Assembly: GCA_963801605.1 (NCBI GenBank)
Contig: CAWDFP010000006.1
Location: 704,001 to 768,000, forward strand
Source: an uncultured candidate division Zixibacteria bacterium
GTDB lineage: Bacteria; Zixibacteria; MSB-5A5; UBA10806
Length of the DNA stretch: 64,000 bases
Reading direction: 5' to 3'
Shown here: positions 57,397-64,000 of the stretch, piece by piece
Layout: each line of letters starts with the position of its first letter
Numbering within the stretch: the first letter of the stretch is position 1
Position numbers and translations under genes: made by a program
The notes under the pieces: generated by a model
Database searches by the model: none
What the model saw: only the letters and a program-made list of their open reading frames with translations
What the model was told of the DNA's origin: nothing

Positions 57397-58915
57397 ATGG
57401 CTGAAAAAAATGATAAACTTCTTGAAGGGTTATACAAAGACATTCGTGAAATCTCGATTCTCAGATCTTGCGAGGCCCTTTTAGATTGGGATGAGAGAAC
57501 TTATATGCCGCGCAACGGCTCGGAGCATCGCGGTAATCAAATGGCCCTCCTGTCCGGCATCGCTCACGAAAAATTCGTATCTCCCAGAATCGGGGATTTA
57601 CTCGATAATCTGCTTAGCAACGGATCGTTATCCAAAAAACGACAATCCTGATGCTGCTAACGTTCGCGAAATTAAGCGAGTCTACGATAAAGCGGTAAAA
57701 CTTCCCAAATCGCTCGTGGAGGAGTTGAGCCGCACCATCATTATGTCCCAGGGGGTATGGCAGGAGGCTAGAGCCAAATCGGATTTCGCAATGTTTAGGC
57801 CCTGGATGGAAAAGGTCGTTAATCTTAAACGGCAACAAGCCGAGGCTATCGGCTATAGCACCGTGCCATACGATGCCGCGCTTGACGATTTTGAACCCGG
57901 AGCGTCAACAGCAAAGATTACGGAGGTATTCGCCGGGCTTCGAGATGAATTGGTATCGCTGATCGCTCGAATTAAGGCCAGTGGCAAAAAACCCGACATT
58001 TCGATAATTACCCGTCAATATCCCGTTGATATTCAAGAAAAGGCTGGTCTCGAAGCAGCCAAAACCATAGGATTTGATTTCATGTCGGGCCGTCTCGATA
58101 TAACGACCCATCCATTCTGTACCGGTATAGGGCCATCAGATATCCGAATCACGACCCGTTATAATCCCAATCATTTTCCGCAAGCTTTCTTCGGTATTTT
58201 GCATGAGGCTGGACACGCTCTTTATGAGCAGGGACTTCCCAAAAATCAATATGGATTGCCTTGCGGGGAGGCAGCATCATTGGGAATCCATGAATCGCAA
58301 TCGCGTATGTGGGAAAACCTGGTCGGACGAAGCTATCCTTTCTGGAAATATTTTTATCCCAGGATTCAAAAAGCTTTTCCTGGCGCCTTAAACGGAACGT
58401 CGCTTGACCAATTTCATTTCGCGGTAAACGATGTTAGGCCGTCGTTTATCAGAGTTGAGGCTGACGAGGCGACATATAATCTTCATATTCTTCTGCGTTT
58501 TGAAATCGAAAGCGCCTTTTTCAACGGCGATCTTAAAATTGCTGATGTGCCTGCTGTTTGGAATGAAAAGTTTAAAAAGTATTTTGGGATCGTTCCAACA
58601 AATGACGCCGATGGGTGTTTGCAGGATGTCCACTGGGCGGCCGGGTTAATCGGTTATTTCCCAACATATACTTTGGGAAATCTTTATTCGGCGCAGTTTT
58701 TCGCGAAAGCAAAATCCGATCTTGTTAATCTCGATGACGCTTTTGGCAAAGGTGATTTTAGCAATTTATTGGGCTGGCTTAGGAAAAATATCCATGCTCA
58801 TGGGCAACGATATCGCGCGGAGGAACTCGTTGAACGAGTTACGGGCAAGCCACTTTTACATCAACCACTAATTGAGTATCTCAATGGAAAATATGGCCAG
58901 CTATATGGCCTTTAG
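57397..58915 (+). CDS. M32 carboxypeptidase; frameshift near 57637
   Basis: LLDWD...MP, HPFC, HEAGHALYEQG, HESQS, IRVEAD, QDVHW, GYFPTY. Confidence 0.93.
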
Positions 58916-58939
58916 AAACTATTGAGAAATCTTTGGGTG

Positions 58940-58970
58940 AAAGGCGACAAACCAGGCAGTCGCCTTTTTT
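58940..58970 (+). terminator. Terminator after the M32 gene
   Basis: AAAGGCGAC-10nt-GTCGCCTTTTTT. Confidence 0.8.
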
Positions 58971-58987
58971 ATTGGGGGCTGTTTCCC

Positions 58988-59211
58988 GGCCCGCGGGTTC
59001 CGCCTTTCGGTCCTTTAGACCGAAAGAAAGAAATCCGATCAGGGGCGCTAGGATGCGAAATCCGGGATTCCAGCGGCAAATAGCCCTCAAATAAATGCGT
59101 CAGTTCCAGTCAGATAAAATCGGAAGCTGAACTGACGCATCCTAAAGCGGAGCAGGCCCTCTGATCGGATTTCGTGCCCCGACTTTGTCGGGGCCGCGGA
59201 ACCCGCGGGCC
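58988..59211. repeat. Nested palindromic element (REPIN/MITE-like or structured ncRNA)
   Basis: Perfect 16-bp terminal IR GGCCCGCGGGTTCCGC plus internal 13-, 12-, 9- and 8-bp stems. Confidence 0.7.
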
Positions 59212-59254
59212 ATGAGTTTGATTGTAATAACCCGGAATACGAGTAACTTTAAGA

Positions 59255-60190
59255 CTATTGACGAACGAACGTCACTTGCACCGAACCATCAGCCGAAATC
59301 GGCCAGGTTTGGGGTTGCTGGTCGGGGACTCCCGAGACAGTGACAGTTCCCTCGTAATGCATGTCGAGTTTAGAGTTCAAAGGCAAACCCGTGGCCTCAT
59401 CGACTTCAATTGTACCATTCTGCTTGCCCTTTATATCGTAAGCCATGGTTAGAGATCCCATAGTGACCGTGCCCGTTGATGAATCAGAGCTGATAGTCGA
59501 GGCCACATCAATGACGGCCTTTCCGTCATTTCTGGATTTTAACGTATATTCGGAATTGATATGCATGGGAAGTCCGCCGGAGGCAATATCGAAATTTGAG
59601 TTCCAGCTATCGCCCGGTACGACAGGTTCAGAAGGGTAAAAAGATGTAATTTGCTCGAGTGATTGCTTCATGGCATCGGTGCCCCACTGTTTTCGAAGAT
59701 CAGCAATAACTTCTTCTTTTTGATCGGGATTGGGCATTGCCATCGCCTTGATCATCTTATCAAGCATGGCATCTACTCCTTTTATTTGAGCGACTTTGCC
59801 GTCGGTGGTCATGCGCACTGTCAAGACTGCCCCGGGCATCGATGCCAACCCTTTCATCGAGGGGTCAAGGTATTCGGGAGGATTATCGGAGTCGTATGAT
59901 GATGATTGCTCGTTGAATTTCTGAGTTACCTTTATGCGTTTGTAGGTCAGCTTGAGATTCATTTCGTTGGATTTCTCAAGACCGGTGACATCATATTTCC
60001 ACTCTTCAAGCATTTCCTGAGAAAGGCTTTGGTTTTGATTCTCAACCGATTGCACTCTGGTCTGGGTCATATCCATTGTGTAAATGTAGCTGGTTTGAGG
60101 TTGAAGATTAAGCCTCAAAACTAATTCGTCGTCGGCCTTGACACTGAACGGCCATAATAGAAGCATTATTATTGTAAGTTTAAGTTTCAT
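59255..60190 (-). CDS. Secreted protein, DUF6263-like
   Basis: Signal peptide; YDSDNP, PVVPGDSW, GTIEVDEATGLP; upstream TTGACA-17-TATATT (60289-60261). Confidence 0.65.
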   Translation of the reverse strand: MKLKLTIIMLLLWPFSVKADDELVLRLNLQPQTSYIYTMDMTQTRVQSVENQNQSLSQEMLEEWKYDVTGLEKSNEMNLKLTYKRIKVTQKFNEQSSSYDSDNPPEYLDPSMKGLASMPGAVLTVRMTTDGKVAQIKGVDAMLDKMIKAMAMPNPDQKEEVIADLRKQWGTDAMKQSLEQITSFYPSEPVVPGDSWNSNFDIASGGLPMHINSEYTLKSRNDGKAVIDVASTISSDSSTGTVTMGSLTMAYDIKGKQNGTIEVDEATGLPLNSKLDMHYEGTVTVSGVPDQQPQTWPISADGSVQVTFVRQ

Positions 60191-60319
60191 TTTTCCTCTC
60201 TATTAGAAAATCGCACCTTTTGGGCTCAGCTAATTTTTTGATAACTTAATATTCTATTTTAATATATTTGCCTTACAAACCACTGTCAATAGAACAAAGA
60301 TAGCTTATTAGCGTACGGT

Positions 60320-60445
60320 CGTGTGAAAACACCACGGGGCGTGGCGCCAATACGTGCAAAAACAACACGCAGCCGTATTCAATGTATCGCTAACTGCATA
60401 TATGTCAGCCTATTAGTTGTCGGGCATATTGGCATCTTCTTTGCT
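60320..60445 (+). promoter_or_regulatory. sigma54 -24/-12 promoter with two upstream palindromic activator sites
   Basis: TGGCAT-CTTCT-TTGCT (60430-60445); CGTG-N9-CACG at 60320-60336 and 60353-60369. Confidence 0.65.
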
Positions 60446-60472
60446 TTAATATATATCGAAGGAGAATATGAT

Positions 60473-62167
60473 ATGAAAAGAGAGATATTTTTTGGATTAC
60501 TTTGGGGATTAGCGTTAGGGCTTCTTGTTCTGCTTGTTTCAAGCGCCAAATCCGCTGAACCCGTTGGAAACGATGGTAGTACCATTGATATTTCCATTTC
60601 AGGCGATTCCGTTAAAGTGGAACTCGATAAAGACGGGATAGTCAGATCGGTCATCGTGTTGGGCGATTCTCTTAACAGGAACGATGCTGTCATCAAAGTC
60701 GATAATAATCTTCTGATAAAGGATGGCAAGATATTTATCGATAGTGTTGAATTGGGTGAACAGGATCTTCAAAGATTATCGGTTAGCGAGGAAACAGGAT
60801 GGGAATGGCAGCCGCGCGGTCATAGGCATGCTCAAATCAAGCGCAAAAGATTGGCCACCATTTATGCGGGCACGGGCGATTTGGTCCGGTTTGGCGATGT
60901 CTTAGTCGATAGCGCCACCAGTGTTAAGGGCGACGTTGCAAGTATTGGAGGTAATGTCACCATATACGGCGAAGTCAGCGGCGATATTGTCTCTGTTTTC
61001 GGTAACGTCTATCTCAGGAACGGCGCCATTATCCGCGGCGATGTTGCGGCGCCATTGGGTCATATTGAACGTGAGCCCAACGTTACTCTTCGCGGCGAAA
61101 TGGAAGTCCATAAAGAGGCAAAAAAGAATGAGTTGAGCATGGCACTGTCAGCCAGGTTTAATCGCGTCGAGGGTTTTACTTTGCTTCCGAGTATCAAATA
61201 CGAAGACATTAAAGGCAGATTGCCCAAGCTTTCAATTGGCACTGCCTATGCTTTTACTCTCAAACGTTGGGAGTATGATTTTGGTGTTTGGCATCGTTTT
61301 GGAAAAGAAATAATGCCATATTTTGATATCCACTTGTTTCAGTTAGCCGAATCATCTGATAAATGGATGTTGACTGAGACCGAAAATACAATCGCCGGTC
61401 TTTTTTCGAAAGAAGATTTCTGGGATTTTTATTGGGAAAGAGGATTTAGGGGCGAAGCAGGATTGTACATTACAGACGATTGGCAGGCCGGTGCAACCTA
61501 TGATGCCTCCCGTATCTCAAACCTCGAAAGAACCGCCCGCAAAGCGATATTTGGGGGCAAGAAAAAATTGCGCGAAAATTGGTCAACAATTCTTCCCGAT
61601 TCAAACGATATCCTGGCCATACCTGGCGATCTGAAGGAAGCCGGCCTGAAATTAGGATATGATACTCGTCACGACCAGGCCAAGCCTGCTAAAGCTGGAG
61701 CAACGGCGCTATTGGAATGGGAAAAGACAGTCGGCAATAGCGAGTTTGATTACCAGTTGACAACAATCGATGCTAAAACCTTTATGCCGATTGCTTCCAA
61801 TCAGTTGTTAATTTTGCGCGCCAAAGGCGGTTATTCAGATGATAAGCTCCCCCTATTTAGAAGATTCTTTTTGGGCGGTATCGGATCTCTACGCGGATAT
61901 GATTATAAGGAATTCCAGGGCAATCGATTTGCTTTTCTTAGCGCGGATTATGTCTGGAGATTTTTCAGCAGCGATTTTGGCGCCGGAGTGTTTCTTGATT
62001 CCGGCAAGGCTGCCTCCAGCGGCCGTGATTTTAGGTCCGGCCAGCTCAAAACCGATGTTGGAATCAGTTTCTTGATAGAGGATGCTTTCCGCATAGATTT
62101 GGCACAGAGGCTTGACGACCTCGATCGTCATCCAGTGGTTTCGGCTCGGCTTGATTTGCCTCTATAG
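60473..62167 (+). CDS. Omp85/BamA-TamA-like outer-membrane protein with bactofilin-like repeat N-domain
   Basis: Signal peptide; GDVASIGGNV/GDIVSVFGNV repeats; RFFLGGIGSLRGY barrel motif; SD GGAG before ATG 60473. Confidence 0.72.
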   Translation: MKREIFFGLLWGLALGLLVLLVSSAKSAEPVGNDGSTIDISISGDSVKVELDKDGIVRSVIVLGDSLNRNDAVIKVDNNLLIKDGKIFIDSVELGEQDLQRLSVSEETGWEWQPRGHRHAQIKRKRLATIYAGTGDLVRFGDVLVDSATSVKGDVASIGGNVTIYGEVSGDIVSVFGNVYLRNGAIIRGDVAAPLGHIEREPNVTLRGEMEVHKEAKKNELSMALSARFNRVEGFTLLPSIKYEDIKGRLPKLSIGTAYAFTLKRWEYDFGVWHRFGKEIMPYFDIHLFQLAESSDKWMLTETENTIAGLFSKEDFWDFYWERGFRGEAGLYITDDWQAGATYDASRISNLERTARKAIFGGKKKLRENWSTILPDSNDILAIPGDLKEAGLKLGYDTRHDQAKPAKAGATALLEWEKTVGNSEFDYQLTTIDAKTFMPIASNQLLILRAKGGYSDDKLPLFRRFFLGGIGSLRGYDYKEFQGNRFAFLSADYVWRFFSSDFGAGVFLDSGKAASSGRDFRSGQLKTDVGISFLIEDAFRIDLAQRLDDLDRHPVVSARLDLPL

Positions 62168-62218
62168 ATAATAGGGGAATTCCTTGCATTAGTGCCCGGG
62201 AGAGATTATAAATTCCGT

Positions 62219-62920
62219 GTGAATAATGAAATCGGAAGAATGATGGGGCAATCGGGTCGGCGGTATTTAATTTTCGGAGCGCTTTTTTTCACTTTTATAA
62301 TATCGTCAAAATCTAAAGCGGTCGAACCGGCCTTCAGCAATCTTAAATATGGTAATGGCGCAATTCAATGCGGCCTAAAACTTACCGATTCTCTTCCGAG
62401 CGAGCTTATCGGATATATTAACAAAGGCGTACCGATACTCTTCATCTACCGTTTGGAGCTTTGGCGCGAGAGATCCGGATGGTTCGATAAGCTTCTTGGC
62501 GCCGCCGAAACAAATTTCAAGGTTCGATTCGATTCCTGGGAGAAACGCTACTCCGTGGTACAAAGCACTGAGGATTTAATTATCGAAAACTCATTGGGAA
62601 GCGAACGTGAGACGATCGAACTTTTAAGCTCCATCGAACCTGATTCTTTTGAAGTTGATGACACCTCCGGCGTGTTCTATCTTGTCGGACGGCTTACTAT
62701 TAAAACCATGAGTTTCTCCAACTACAAGGAAGTGGAATCATGGCTTAAGGGAGGAATTTCATCGGCCAAAAAACCTGAGCTGGAGAATGCTCCCGACAAG
62801 CTCGGCGAGTTTGTTTTTAATATGGCCCTCAGAGTAACGGGATTAAAGGATATATCGAGGGAAGTCCGAAGCGAAAGCTTTACTATCGATCATTTACCTC
62901 GATTAGATGATCGTAAATAA
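62219..62920 (+). CDS. DUF4390-like secreted protein
   Basis: GVPILFIYRLELWRERSGWFD; start uncertain. Confidence 0.55.
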   Translation: MNNEIGRMMGQSGRRYLIFGALFFTFIISSKSKAVEPAFSNLKYGNGAIQCGLKLTDSLPSELIGYINKGVPILFIYRLELWRERSGWFDKLLGAAETNFKVRFDSWEKRYSVVQSTEDLIIENSLGSERETIELLSSIEPDSFEVDDTSGVFYLVGRLTIKTMSFSNYKEVESWLKGGISSAKKPELENAPDKLGEFVFNMALRVTGLKDISREVRSESFTIDHLPRLDDRK

Positions 62921-63026
62921 AATTTCCCAACTCTTATTTAATCGCATATTTATTCGTCAGACATTTTTGATAAAACAGCCGAAATAACTTTGCGGGCGAT
63001 ATCAGGCTTTATATATTTGAATCGAT

Positions 63027-63872
63027 ATGAAATTTTGGCCCATATTTATCCCGCAAATCGATTCTTTGCAGTTTCTGGCTGGTTTGGCGTTATCTATTGC
63101 CATAGCGCTCATATCTTACAAGTTTAAAGCGGTTTCGCGCTCTGGCGCCTGGGGCATGATAATTATCGGAACGATTATATTTGGATTAGGCGGCATTGCT
63201 TTCGCGATCCCCCTTTTATTTTTCTTTATCTCATCAAGCATCTTAAGCGCCATAAAAACTTACGAAAAGGAAAAAGCTTTAAACGCTGTCCATAAAACCG
63301 GACCGCGAGATATCTGGCAAGTTTTTGCCAATGGCGGAATAGGGGCTGTAGCTGTCATTATGTTTTTCATTACCGGAAAAACCATTTGGTTCTTTCCATA
63401 TCTGGCCAGTCTCTGCGAGGCCACATCCGACACCTGGGCTACCGAAATCGGGACACTATATCGGCGCTCTCCAATATCAATTATTACTTTTAAAAAAGTT
63501 AATCCCGGGCAGTCTGGCGGGATAACGCTGTTGGGCACTATAGGCGCTGTCGGAGGTTCCCTCATTTTGGTGCTTGTAGCCTGGTGGGGAAGAAGTTTTT
63601 TGCATGGGCTTTCTATGTTCGATTCCAATATCTGGATTATGGCGGCCAATACCGGCCTGGTTGGTTCAATATTGGATTCAATTTTAGGTGGCTCAATTCA
63701 AGCGCAGTATAAATGTCCTCATTGTGGCAGGCTTGTGGAACGGGAATTTCATTGCGGTTATGCTACAACCCTTATCCGAGGACTGGCTTTTATGAGCAAT
63801 GATTTGGTTAATTTTATCTGCACAGCATTTGCTGGCAGCTTTGCGGCCATTATCATTGTTTTCGGAATCTAA
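63027..63872 (+). CDS. DUF92 (TMEM19-like) membrane protein
   Basis: FFISSSILS, RDIWQVFANGG, SDTWATEIG, PGQSGGIT, DSILG. Confidence 0.9.
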   Translation: MKFWPIFIPQIDSLQFLAGLALSIAIALISYKFKAVSRSGAWGMIIIGTIIFGLGGIAFAIPLLFFFISSSILSAIKTYEKEKALNAVHKTGPRDIWQVFANGGIGAVAVIMFFITGKTIWFFPYLASLCEATSDTWATEIGTLYRRSPISIITFKKVNPGQSGGITLLGTIGAVGGSLILVLVAWWGRSFLHGLSMFDSNIWIMAANTGLVGSILDSILGGSIQAQYKCPHCGRLVEREFHCGYATTLIRGLAFMSNDLVNFICTAFAGSFAAIIIVFGI

Positions 63873-64000
63873 TGATTACGCTGTTTATACTAATTGTTCA
63901 GCTAAAAGAATTGAAACGCCAATAAAAAAAGCGCCAGGAGTAGTCCTTCCGTACTCAATCCCGGCGCAGTATTTATTTTCAAAATAAATCTACTTATCCG

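Noticed and set aside
60323..60472. N-terminal extension of the Omp85-like ORF
   Set aside because: The region holds the sigma54 promoter; SD and signal peptide support ATG 60473
1..64000. CRISPR array, rRNA, tRNA, transposase, integrase or reverse transcriptase
   Set aside because: No spaced repeats, cloverleafs or matching ORFs seen by eye

Overview
Bacterial chromosomal window of moderate GC with about 55 genes. Several secreted proteins carry a C-terminal 'YPNPFN' FlgD/T9SS-type sorting domain, GlmU is N-terminal-only and there is a TrmB regulator. Together these suggest an anaerobic FCB-related lineage such as Zixibacteria (inference). Contents: peptidases (C1, M20, M32), HutH, CBS/CGL, Pit+DUF47, ferritin, ispG/ispH, pdxS/T, rho, rsfS, panD, glgB, a group 3b [NiFe]-hydrogenase operon with an embedded cNMP-binding protein plus hypFCDE, an 8-PAS/GAF hybrid kinase and a sigma54-type Omp85 locus. 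Many genes are broken by single-base insertions, which most likely reflects long-read error. I saw no rRNA, tRNA, CRISPR array or transposase. The best leads are non-coding: a 224-nt nested-palindrome element (58988-59211), a terminator-ended RNA with an anti-SD motif (35679-35771), a Rex/CRP-type operator over the hydrogenase RBS, a sigma54 promoter with paired CGTG-N9-CACG enhancer sites, and an IR-flanked trmB promoter. There is also a 3.9-kb secreted-protein cassette bounded by a 24-bp direct repeat and a double-truncation junction near 13997.
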